A DNA stretch of 64,000 bases from Leucoraja ocellata (Eukaryota): contig JAWMAR010000110.1 in assembly GCA_036785375.1 (NCBI GenBank), positions 5,828,001 through 5,892,000 of the forward strand, given 5' to 3'. Below are positions 38,456-50,145 of the stretch, piece by piece. Below the pieces are notes generated by a model. It made no database searches and had not been told where the DNA came from. It saw only the letters and a list, made by a program, of their open reading frames with translations. Each line of letters begins with the position of its first letter. The stretch's first letter is position 1. Both the position numbers and the translations under genes were made by a program.

Positions 38456-39570
38456 AACTAGCCGAAAACAATGGTGGTAGAAAACGCTCGTAGCCTTTTA
38501 ATATTTAAGATTTAATATACCATATTAAAAACCTACATTTTGATTTGATAAATAAATAGTTGTACAAATAATTAGTTTCGGACATATAATTTGAAAAATA
38601 ATTATCAATAATCCCTTGAAAATACATATTAATTGATAATGGTTTAAAAAAAAAAAAAAAAAAAACAGGATCACATTATTCCCAATTTTTAATCTAACTC
38701 AAAATCAAATCAATGTAAACTAATTCCATAATTCCATTTGGCCCCAAATACTGACACGTCTATTAGAAGCAGAACAAATATCTTATAATCAAATAAATCA
38801 AATTTGGCAGTGATAAAATAGGCTAAGAAAAGATAAAGATATTTGAGATGAATTATGAAAACTAAGGAGGTTTGATCTAAAACATATTTTAAGTAGTATT
38901 GTCTTGTTTGTTTATTGTTATTTTTCTTATTTTATTGATTGATTGTGTTGTGATGTGTTTAACTTGTTTATTTAACATCAACCTGCCAAAGGGACTAAAG
39001 ATGGAAATTAGCTAGTGGCTATAATCTTGCGTATTTACATGTAAATGTTAATTAATATGCACTGTCCCCGTTTAAATAAATTTAAATTAAAAAAAAAGTA
39101 TACAAACGTAGAAAAGTGAGGTAATCTGCAAAGAAAATTCCAGTTAACATTGGCAGCATGTTTATCATCCGACAACAGATGAGAATGGTTAACAAACAAT
39201 TTGCAAAGGGAACTGCAGTCTTTTTTCCCTACACTTAAAATCTCCCTAAGGTCCTTCATTAAAGTCACTAAGGTGAACATAATGAGCTTAAGAAACAATG
39301 TTGAAAATGCATAATGGGAAAAGTATAGAAATAGGAGCACACCATTCAGCCCATACTTGCTTCCCAGTTTCATGTCTAGGGAAGTAAAGAAAGTTTGGAA
39401 AAAATGTAAAAGAGAGATTGAAAGTCAAAAGTAGCAGTTTAACAAAATAGTAATATTTGAGTGGGCATTACAAACATGACAAATAATAAAAGCAGCAAAT
39501 TTGAAAAGATAACAGTACCAGGGATAGGAGGATGCTAATAAGTTCAAGAGGAGTTAAAAATGTCACTTAC

Positions 39571-39673
39571 CAGGGAAGATGTAAGCATTATTTCCCTGGC
39601 CTGACTTCAGCACACGTCCATCTGGTAGAGTCACAGGGTCAAATGGGCTGCCACAGGCAAAAAGGCACCTCCC
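39571..39673 (-). CDS. ME2: ME2 internal exon, 103 nt
   Basis: cacag|GGG...CCTG|gtaag; [35 protein letters not shown]. Confidence 0.97.
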
Positions 39674-39743
39674 CTGTGTAAAATACAGTAATTCAAACAC
39701 TGCATAAAGATAATTTAAACTGCTGGCAATTCTGTTGCTTATA

Positions 39744-41270
39744 CGTGCATTCAGAATGTATTCAGACCCTTTATCTTTTTCCACATTTTGTTACGTTACA
39801 GCCTTATTTTGAAATGGATTAAATTCTTTTTTTTTTTCTCATCAATCTACGCACAATACCCCAGAATGAAGAAGCGAAAACAGAAATTTTTGCAAAGTAA
39901 TTAAAAAGAAATAACTGAAACATCACATTACATCAGTATTCAGACCATTTGCCATGACACTAAAAATTGAGCGTAGGTTCATCCTGCTTCCATTGATTAT
40001 TCTTGAGATGTTTCTACAACCTGATTGGAGTCCACCTGCAATTAAATTGACTGGATATGATTTGGAAAGGCACACACCTGTCTATATAAGGTCTCACAAT
40101 TGACAGTGCATGTAAGCGCAAAAAAAAAGCCATAAAGACGAAGGAATTGTCCGTAGACCTCCGAGACAGGATTGCTATCGAGTCACAGATCTGGGGGAGA
40201 ACTTTTGGAACCACCAGAACTCTTCATAGAGCTGGCCACCCGGCCGAACTGAGCTATCGGGGGAGAAGGGCCTTGGTCAGGGAGGTGACCAAGACCCCGA
40301 TGGCCACTCTGACAGAGCTCCAGAGTTCCTCTGTGGAGATGGGAGAACCTTCCGGAAGGACAACTGTATCTGCGGCACCCCAACAATCCTGCCTTTATGG
40401 TAGAGTGGTCGGATGGAAGCCACTCCTCAGTAAAAGGCACATGACAGCCCGCTTGGCGTTTGCCAAAAGGGTTGTTTTCTCTGGTGCTCTGGTTTGATGA
40501 AACCAAGATTGGACTATTTGGTCTGAATGCCAAGCGTCATGTCTGGAGGAAACCAGGCACCGCTCATCACCTGGCCAATACCATACCTACGGTGATGCAT
40601 GGTGGTGGCAGCATCACGCTGAAGGGATGTTTTTCAGTGGCAGGAACTGGAAGACTAGTCAGGATCGAGGGAAAGATGAACAGAGCAAAGTACAGAGAGA
40701 TCCTTGAAGAAAACCTGCTCCAGAGCGTTCTGGACCTCAGACTGGGGCGGAGGTTCACCTTCCAACTGGACAACGACCCTAAGCACACAGCCAAGACAAC
40801 GCAGTAGTGGCTTCGTGACAAGTCTATGAATATCCTTGAGTGGCCCAGCCAGAGCCAGGACTTGAAGCTGATCGAACATCTCTGGACGGACCTGAAAATA
40901 GCTGTGCATCGACGCTCCCCATTCAACCTTACAGAGCTTGAGAGGATCTGCAGAGAAGACTGGGAGAAATTACCCAAATACAGGTGTGCCAAGCTTGTAA
41001 CATCATACCCAAGAAGACTTGAGGCTGTAATCGCTGCCAAAGGTGCCTCAACAAAGAACTGAGTAACGGGTCTGTAAATGTGATATTTCAGTTATTTCTT
41101 TTTAATTACTTTGCAAAAATTTCTAAACACCTGTTTTTGCTTTTTTTATTATGGGGTACTGTGTGTAGATTGATGATTAAAAAAATGAATTTAATCAATT
41201 TTAGAATAAGGCTGTAACGTAACAAAATGTGGAAAAAGTGATGGGATCTGAATACTTTCTGAATGCACTG
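39744..41270 (+). mobile_element. Tc1/mariner DD34E transposon (Passport/Glan-like), defective
   Basis: TA target at 39742-39743 and 41271-41272; ~200-bp TIRs starting c(a)gtgcattcagaa; transposase fragments KTKELSVDLRDRI, LYGRV..KPLL, WFDETK, HGGGSI, DNDPKH, WPSQSQDLKLIEHLW, VIAAKGAST; start codon mutated to ATA, deletions and stops. Confidence 0.95.
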
Positions 41271-42084
41271 TATTCTGCTCTCTGTACAGCTGTAACTTAC
41301 CTGATTTAAAACATATTGCAGCCAAGAATATGTAGAGATTTATTTTTGTTAATGAGCAAGCCATCCAAATGCAATCCCTCCCCCCATACATTCCCTTATG
41401 AAAGGAGGTAGATCAGAGAGAAATATATAACACCAGGGAACGTTCAATCATGAATTCACATGCAGCTTTCAAGGAGTTTCCACATTGTTCCCAACCCTGT
41501 GGGCTCACACTGATCTCAATTTTCCTCATACATCAGAAAGGCATTACTTAGACTTAAATGATCACTTGATGTAAGGAAATGTCCATAGTAGTGTTGCTTG
41601 CATTTCAAGTATCACAAATAATTGAAAGAGGAAGACATGATGTAGTCAGTAAATAGCAGTCAGTAAATGTGTATGGGATGCAAGAATTCATAAGAGGCAG
41701 AAAGTACAAAAGTAGGAATGGTTTGTTTAACCAGAGCTTCACACTGTTGACCTTGAATCTTAGCTGCAAAACTGTATTCATACCGATGGAAAACTAACAT
41801 TATATTCTTGTAGAAAAAAACTGCAGATGCTGGTTTACAAAATTAGACAAAGTGCTGGTTTAACTCAGTGAGTCAGGCAGCATCCACGGAGGACATGGAT
41901 AAGTGACATTTTGGGTCGAGAGAGAGTGCTAGGTTTGCTTTACTGGGATATGCACAGATTTGAGGGACTAAGTGTCTTCCTTCTGTGCTGTAACAATCTT
42001 AAGATTTTAAGATTACTGTCAAGATGGTACTTGAGCAGTGGTGGAGGACACTGACAGCATCGCCAGGCTGACCCCTACCTCTTT

Positions 42085-42118
42085 GGTCTGAAGAAGGGTC
42101 TCGACCCGAAACATCACC
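42085..42118 (+). ncRNA. Minimal hammerhead-like motif in a solo Penelope tail
   Basis: ggt CTGAAGA a GGGTC tc GACCC GAAA catc acc. Confidence 0.55.
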
Positions 42119-42364
42119 TTTTATTTATCTCCAGAGATGCTGCCTGACCCGCTGAGTCACTCCAGCATTTTGTGTCCGCTTCCATCATCCTCGTAGTTCT
42201 GCAGCCAGGACAATGGTCCTTTAAGGCCAAGATAACCCTCGATATTTTTAAGAACTTGATACATGGAGCCAGAAACATGGCAACTCAATTCAGTTTTGTT
42301 TATTGTCACGTGTACTGAGGTACCATAAAAAGCTTTTGTTGCGTGCTAACCAGTCAGAGTAAAC

Positions 42365-42825
42365 TCTTAAAAGTATGTGCATAGCAATCTGTGGTGTGAA
42401 TTTGTGGAATGGTCTGGACCAGGAGATAAAACTTAGCACAAACATAATTCAGTTTAAAAAGATGTTCAAAAACACTTTTTTTTTAAAAAAGGATATTGGG
42501 ATGAGGATAGGTGATTGTGAGTGGGATATTTGTTATACTGATTGTATTGGGAAGGGTGATCATAGGGTGATGGGTTGTATATATGACTAAGATACTATAG
42601 TATATGAGGGTTTTCTTTTCTTTTTTATTTTTCTCTCTCTTTTTTGTATGGCTGTAAATATTTGATTAGTGTATAAATGTAAATAATTTGGTGTACATAT
42701 AGCTGCTGGTGTACATATGGAGTACATATAGCTGTTAAATTTGTATAAGATAATTATAAGCAGTTGAATAAGGGGTGGGAATCAATAAACTTTGGCTTCT
42801 TCCTGCTCCTTTTCAGACACATACG
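42365..42825 (+). mobile_element. L2/Crack-like LINE 3' end
   Basis: ICGVNLWNGLDQEIKLSTNIIQFKKMFK; tail aggggtggga...cttcttcctgctcctttt. Confidence 0.6.
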
Positions 42826-42827
42826 AT

Positions 42828-43080
42828 TTCATAGAAACATAGAAACATAGAAATTAGGTGCAGGAGTAGGCCATTCGGCCCTTCGAGCCTGCACCGCCAT
42901 TTAATATGATCATGGCTGATCATCCAACTCAGTATCCCGTACCTGCCTTCTCTCCATACCCTCTGATCCCCTTGGCCACAAGGGCCACATCTAACTCCCT
43001 CTTAAATATAGCCAATGAACTGGCCTCAACTATCCTCTGTGGCAGAGAGTTCCAGAGATTCACCACTCTCTGTGTGAAAA
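42828..43080 (-). mobile_element. CR1 3' end, same young subfamily as the 10058-10550 copy
   Basis: (CATAGAAA)n tail; near-identical reverse complement of 10310-10550. Confidence 0.92.
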
Positions 43081-43770
43081 AAAAAATTCATTTATTTATA
43101 GATATTGTTTATGACACTTTATAAATATTCTTGTTTTGTTTTTTGTTTGCTGTTTCACACTTGCTTTTTATTATTTTATTTTGTTCGAAATAAAGAATTA
43201 AAATAAATAAAAAATAAAAATAAATCCATGTTACAATCGAGCCATTCAGTGTACAGATACACGATAATGGAATAATGCTAAGTGCAAGGTAAAGCCAGTA
43301 AAGTCCAATCAAAGTAAATGTATTATTGTTAAACTACAGTCACTGTACTCTTTTACTTATATATGATTGTGCTGATGAATAGAATGTATGATTTTAGTGA
43401 ATTGTATGCAAAAAAGAATTTCACTGTTTTTAGTTATATGTGACAGTAAAGCACTATTGAACCATTGACTGATCATGGCATCTGGATTGAGTCCAGTAAC
43501 ATATCTCTACATGAATCATTTCAGAACAGCTATCTTGCTGTTCTAACTTGCCATTTTATGGCATTTCACCATCAAATTGGACAATACGCACAAATCCTGA
43601 GAATGGCACACAAAGCTAAACGTTGGATTGCATGATGAAGGAATGTAATATAGTACACATATTTTCACCAAAAATGTAAAATTGTCAAAAACTTGCAAAT
43701 CTCTGTTCCCTGATATACAAGTAAATTGTGATACACGGCGTGAAAAGAAAGTTGCAAAGGCTCACAATAC

Positions 43771-43913
43771 CTCTGTTAAAGTGTATGCCTCTTCTGCAGT
43801 GCATTCAGCTTGAGTTGTTGGATTACTTAATGCAAAAATTATTGGACGTTCATTGTTTCTGCCCATGGCACTAATCACTTCTTTGGTGAACAGTCTGCCA
43901 GCACCTGCCACAC
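43771..43913 (-). CDS. ME2: ME2 internal exon, 143 nt
   Basis: gacag|GT...GAG|gtatt; [47 protein letters not shown]. Confidence 0.97.
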
Positions 43914-44419
43914 CTGTCAAAAAACAAATTAAAGTAATCTGAAACTTAAGAGAAAATAAAGCAAGTCAACACTTCACATACAATCCTCAAGATTTTTTAC
44001 AATGCTGGCAGTGCTGTTGCAGAATTTTAGTTGATACCATATAGAGCAAACAAGGCAAAAGAATAAACAATAAATAATATCATACTGAAAAGAGGAGGAA
44101 CAGTAAGAACTTGAAATAGCTATGGATCCCTGAAGCAGGACAAATAGGTGGGACACAGGATACCTTTTAGGCCAAGGCCTAGAATATAACAATGATGCCA
44201 GAATTACACAGTATACTTGTTAGGAAACAACTGGAGCAAAGTATTCATTTTTTTTTAGAAACGAGGAACTGCAGATGCTGATTTACAAAAAAAAAAAGTG
44301 CTTAAGTCAGCAGGTCAGGCAGCATCCATGGCGAGCATGAATAGATGGCATTTTGGGTCAGTACCTTTCTTCAGATATTTTGGTCACAAGTTACAAGAAG
44401 AAGGAACAATTGCCACATT

Positions 44420-44735
44420 TTGTTTAGTTTAATTTACAGATACAGCACGGAAACAAGCCCTTCGGGCCACTGAGTCCACACAGACCAGCGATCCCAGCAC
44501 ATTAACACTATCCTACACACACACACACACACACGATGGACAATTTACATTTATACCAAGCCAATTAACCCTCAAACATCTTTGGAGTGCGGGAGGAAAC
44601 TGAAGATTTCAGAGAAAACTCACGCAGGTCATGGGGAGAACTAACAAACTACGTAGACAGTACCCGTAGTCAGGAGCGAACCCGCGTCTCTGGGGCTGTA
44701 TGGCAACAATTATACTGCTGCGCCACCGTGCCGTC
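44420..44735 (-). mobile_element. HE1/V-SINE-like SINE
   Basis: cggcacggtggcgcagcagt head, gggttcgctcc B box, shared core. Confidence 0.85.
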
Positions 44736-46277
44736 ATGTGCTGGTGACGTTTAGTTTTTGAAGATCGAGTTCAAATTATTTTCTTTGAAACAGAGGTGGT
44801 TAATGAAAGAATTAATGAAATTCTTGAATTAAGAAATACGTAAAATTGAGAAGTATAGATAACGTTTCCTTTTGATGTCAGATTGAAGACAATTGTGAGA
44901 AAGAGAAGAGTTATGACATTTTCTCTTCCACCCAGAGGTGGTAGAACACTGCGACCCAATGCTCGATAATACCCAAGTACCTGCTGTGTTGCGATTTACA
45001 AAGGACCAAAGGCTGAGAAATGGGATTCATCCGACTTGCATATTGGGATTGGGATATCTGATTGCAGATTGAGATGAAAGACTGTGCATAATATTTAACA
45101 AAAACTCATTCCAGTTTTCCATTTTATTTGCAGTAAAAGTGAACCCTTCGTGGAAAGGTGTCAGCCTCGATAACAATCAGCACGGGAGCACCTCAAGGCC
45201 GTGTCCTCAGCCTCCTGCTGTACTCACTCTATACTCATTACTGCGTAGCCGGTCATAGTGCGAACACCATCATCATATTCGCTGACGACACCACTGTTGT
45301 GGGACGTATCACTGATGGGGACGAGTCAGAATATAGAAGAGAGATCGACCGACTGACCAAATGGTTCCAGCACAATAACCTGGCTCTCAACACCCGCAAA
45401 AGCAAGGAACTGATTATGGACGTTGGAAAGGTAGGATAGGGACCTACAGTCCCGTTTATATCAACGGGTCAATTGTGGAAAGGGTCAAGAGCTTCAAATT
45501 CCTGGGCGTGCACATCTCTGAAGATCTCTCCTGGTCCAAGAATACTGATACAATTATAAAGAAAGCTCATCAGCGCCTCTACTTCCTGAGAAGATTACGG
45601 AGAGTCGGTATGTCAAGGAGGACTCTCTCTAACTTCTACAGATGCACAGTGGAGAGCATGCTGACCGGTTGCATCGTGGCTTGGTTCGGCAACTTGGGTG
45701 CCCAGGAGCGGAAAAGACTACAAAAAGTAGTAAACACTGCCCAGTCCATCATCAGCTCCGAGCTCCCTACCATCGAGGGGATCTATCGCAGTCGCTGCCT
45801 CAAAAAGGCTGGCAGCATCATCAAGGACCCACACCATCCTGGCCACACACTCATCTCCCCGCTACTTTCAGGTAGAAGGGACAGGAGCCTGAAAACTGCA
45901 ACGTCCAGGTTCAGGAATAGTTACTTCCCCACAACATCAGGCTATTAAACAAAACTCATACAAAACTCTGAACATTGATAGCCCATTATCTGTTTATTTG
46001 CACTTTATCTGTTTATTTATTCATGTGTGTATATATTTATATAATGGTACTAGACTAAGTGGGACCCGTTGGGTCCCATGTTCACACGGGAGGGCTGGTC
46101 CCCTCGACGCAATATTCCACCTCTCCACCAATTCCAATATTGGTGGCCAGTGGGGGGGCTTTCTGGAGTACTGGTATGGGTTCTTGCGGTGGCAGCTCAG
46201 TCCCTCAAGCCTGATCTGCTGGCAGCTCACTCACGGCTGGTGGGCTGGCAGTTGACTCATGACTATCCCTTGAAATT

Positions 46278-46582
46278 CCATTTCAAGCAGGGTGCAAGGC
46301 CACCAAATTCAAATCCATGTTCCTACCATTTCAAGAAGGGTGCCAGTCCACCAAATTCAAATCCATGTTCCTACCATTTCAAGCAGGGTTCAAGGCCACC
46401 AAATTCAAGTGCAGTTTCATATCACTTCAAGCTGGATCCAAAGCCACCAAATACAAGTGCAGTTTAATACAACTTTCAGCAGGGTGCAAGGCCACCAAAT
46501 TCAGTGCAGTTTTATTCCACTTCAAGCAGGGTCCAAGGCCACCAAATTCAAATGCAGCTTCATACCATTTCATGCAGGGTGA
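46278..46582. repeat. 48-bp minisatellite, ~6.4 copies, inside Helitron
   Basis: Unit ccatttcaagcagggtgcaaggccaccaaattcaaatccatgttccta. Confidence 0.9.
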
Positions 46583-46950
46583 CACCACCATAAAACCACA
46601 CAAAACACCAAACTCACAGTTCAGTAGACATTCAGTGTGTTCAGTTGATTCACAGCTCAGACAGAGTCATGACCTCTCCCTCCCCCATCATGCAGAGACT
46701 GAGCCACACCCACAATTCCGGGTTTTATAACACCCTCCCCCTCCCACCGGAAAAGGTGTAGCTTTCAGGACGTGATTGACAGGAGAGATTCTCAACATTT
46801 TTTAAACACTAATAACACTTTTATTTTTCATTGATGGGAAGAATTCTCTGCACCTGCTCAGCGGAGGGGGGACTGAGTAAGATGGCCAAAAATCACAGCC
46901 GTAAGTGTAGCGTGTTATCTAAAATCAATATACAGTGCAAACAGGAAGTG

Positions 46951-47166
46951 CATTTGCAGTAGTGCCTTTTAACTTCAAGCCAAAGCACCCAAGCCACCAT
47001 TTGCAGTAAGTAGTGCCTTTCAACCTCAAGCCAAACCACCCAAGCCACCATTTGCAGTACCTAGTTCCTTTCAATTTTAAACCAAAGCTCCCAAGCCACC
47101 ATTTGCAGTAAATAGTGCATTTCAACTTCAAGCCAAAGCACCCAAGCCACCATTTGCAGTAAGTAG
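46951..47166. repeat. 51-bp minisatellite, ~4.3 copies, inside Helitron
   Basis: Unit catttgcagtaagtagtgcctttcaacctcaagccaaaccacccaagccac. Confidence 0.9.
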
Positions 47167-48650
47167 AGAGACGTGACCCTTGGCTTCATCCATCTTGCAG
47201 TGACTATGAAGCACACCACTTCCTGGTTTTATAATCCCTCCCCGTCTCTCCAGCAGGGGCAGCAGAGAGAATGGTGAATTTTTTTAAAACATTAATATCT
47301 CTCTGATTTGTCATCGATGGAAAAAATCTTCCGCTCCCGTAAGGCGGAGGGGGGCTCTGGGCGAGGTGGCCAAAAATGACGGCAACGTCTGTCGGAAATC
47401 GCAGCACAGTAGGCCAAAGCGGTCAAGATCAGAGATTTAGTAATATAGATATGGACACACTGATCTGTTCTGTATTCATGCCTACCATATTCTGTTGTGC
47501 TGAAGCAAAGCAAGGATTTCATTGTCCTATCTGGGACACTTGACAACAGACTCTCTTGAATCTCAAATCTGATTGTAAAGCTATTTTAAAATCATCAATC
47601 TGAAACATTTACTAGATATAAACTGCTCATTGAGAAGCTTTCAAAATTGCCCACAGCAAAAATGAAAATTTAAATACATGTATTTAAATAAGTCTTCCAA
47701 CTGGATGAAGGACCATTGACCAAAAACAACTCTTTTGATACAAACTGCCTGACCCGCCCAACATTTCCTTTCTATTTTTCATTTCAAATTTGCAGAAAAT
47801 CTTTGCTTTTCAATAATTGTGCACAATTTAGGTAGTGACGAGTACATAATGTGCGTGCCAGAGATAAATAAGGAAAGGAACAGCAGTATATGAAAGCCCA
47901 TACGCCATACGAGTCATCTGAAAACAAATACAATGAAGGTTGTTGACATCGACAGAGGAGAGATAACATTATCAGGGACATGTGGAAAATGCTGCCATAG
48001 CGACAGATAATGGTGGTAAGCAGATTATTGACAAAAGGAGCCCTGTGCAGCTTCTTGGGTAACAGAGATGGATAGGAGACTTTGGAGACAAATAAAAAGA
48101 GTTTTCCAGCTACTCAAGCAAAATATATAAGCTACTGGATCTAAGATGCTGAAATGAATAATTGAGTAGAAACCTGAACGAGGGAGGTGACATCATTAAG
48201 TGTGGCAGGGAAAAAAAAAACTGGCAATGAATAAAATGCACCATAATCACGTTGTGGAGAATCTCATTTGTGACTATGATTAGACTGTTTCAGTATTGAC
48301 AAGAGAAAACTTAATAAGAGATATTCAAATGGAAATTTCAAAAACATTTTGTGGATTTGAAAGGTAACAATACTTGAGATATTTGATGAAGCTGTAATTT
48401 ACATGAATGACCTTGTATTAACCTTTATAAAAGAGTTGCAATGTTAACGTTGCACAACAGCACAGTAAACCTGCTTCAACACTACCAAACATTTCCCTTC
48501 TGATAATCAAAAAAAAAATCTCCTAGTACACGCATTCATACTTATTTGCTTAACATCTTCTCACCTCAAACACCCTTCATATTAGTTCCAAAATTGTGCA
48601 AGTGTGCGCATTTTAGATTTCACATTTCTGCCGCAACTTACACCACCTAC

Positions 48651-48762
48651 CAATAATAGTAGTCGGCTGTAATAAATTGACTGCATCCAGAAATGTCTTT
48701 GTTGATTTAGTTGCTGGGTGGGCATATGCGACCTGGTTATCTTCTATTGGCTCTGAACGACC
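48651..48762 (-). CDS. ME2: ME2 internal exon, 112 nt
   Basis: aacag|GGT...ATTG|gtagg; GRSEPIEDNQVAYAHPATKSTKTFLDAVNLLQPTTIIG; Gln at the cofactor-specificity position (Q362 in human ME2). Confidence 0.94.
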
Positions 48763-48944
48763 CTGTTGTCAGAAGCAACATAATTAGACTTTAACTGCAA
48801 CAGACAAACTTTGTTAATTTCAGCTGAGATACCCACCAAATAAAGTGAGACTACTTATTAAAAAAATAATTAAATCCATTCTTAGGGCATAGGTTTAAGA
48901 TGCAAGGGGAACATTTAAAGGTGGTGTGCAGGGCCCATTACCAA

Positions 48945-49290
48945 AAGAATAAAGCCCTAACTTGTTCAACCTTTCTCTGTAACTTAGTTGCTGAAACCCA
49001 GGCAACATTCTAGTAAATCTCCTCTGTACTCTCTCTATTTTTTTGACATCTTTCCTATAATTAGGCGACCAAAATGGTACACCATACTCCAGAATTGGCC
49101 TCACCAATGCCTTGTACAATTTTAACATTACATCCCAACTTCTATACTCAATGCTCTGATTTATAAAGGCCAGTACACCAAAAGCTTTCTTTACCACCCT
49201 ATCTACATGAGATTCCACTTTCAGGGAACTGTGCACAGTTATTCCCAGATCCCTCTGTTCACCTGCATTCTTCAATTCCCTATCATTTAA
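48945..49290 (-). mobile_element. CR1 fragment
   Basis: QRDLGITVH...LYKALVRPILEYG...ERVQRRFTRM. Confidence 0.9.
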
Positions 49291-50145
49291 TTTATTTGTT
49301 CAGATTTCATTCCAACAAAGTGAAACTCACAAAAAAATAGACACTTCCCAGAACCCACTTCTCAAAATAACAAAGATAAAGTGATTACACAATTTATATA
49401 TACAAGACATTGTTCCCATTAAGCCTATACATCTTGGGAAATAATGTAACTTCTTAAACTACAGATCCAAACACAAAGATCTAATGTAAAATGAAAATAC
49501 CATATATTTCCCTAATTAAAAGACAATATATTTCCCAGATGACCTTCTTTATAAATCATATTTAAACTAACATTATCTTACGTTACACACTTTAAAATAG
49601 AAATTTACTCTGTCTTTGCAAACTCACATCTCCTATTTCGCCAGCATAGCAAGGATCACAAAACTGTCTAACTCGACTAATGATAATTGTCTCTTGGCTA
49701 TCTTACACTCCCCCCCTTTTCTTGTTATCTCTAGGGAACGGCATTCCAGCTCCATCCTTGGGCCTCTTTATGACTTTGCCACCACACTGACAACATTATT
49801 CAAAGGATTGTTACATTTCCAGACCACTGTCTCTTTCCCAACATCTTAGTCCCCTCAGTTTGTATAAACAAAAGAAATCCGACATACAAAGGTCACATAC
49901 CCCCATCCAACGAACTTCTACCCATCTTATCCGTCTTTCCTCTTATCTCAACACGAGTATAATTAAACGTAGCTCACAGATCCTGAGACACCTTGCTATC
50001 TAAGACTAATATAAACAGTTGTCAGTCGTAAACGCTGAGCCCTTTGTGTTACAGAAGAGCTGAGGAATGTGTCCTCATGAAAATGCATGTGGTCTGTGAC
50101 TGACCAAATGGCCTGTAACCTGAGAACGGCCACTTTTAAATACAG

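Larger units (their letters stand above)
46050..47449 (-). mobile_element. Non-autonomous Helitron, 1.4 kb
   Basis: Minus strand begins TC(tatattacta) and ends CTAG; 8-bp hairpin tgggaccc/gggtccca (46060-46078) just before the 3' end; inserted between A and T with no TSD inside a Rex1 3' UTR (ggta|tatggacac). Confidence 0.88.
45158..47565 (+). mobile_element. Rex1/Babar-like LINE 3' part, split by the Helitron
   Basis: STGAPQG..LS.LLYSLYT, FADDTTVVG, FKFLGV, KAHQRLYFLRRL; 3' UTR resumes at 47450. Confidence 0.88.

Noticed and set aside
46278-47166. Regular 48-bp and 51-bp repeats resembling a CRISPR array
   Set aside because: Units are contiguous with no unique spacers, lie in a eukaryotic Helitron, and no cas genes are present
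47840-48020. Cluster of GATA-like motifs in an ME2 intron
   Set aside because: Short motifs in AT-rich DNA are expected by chance; no independent support
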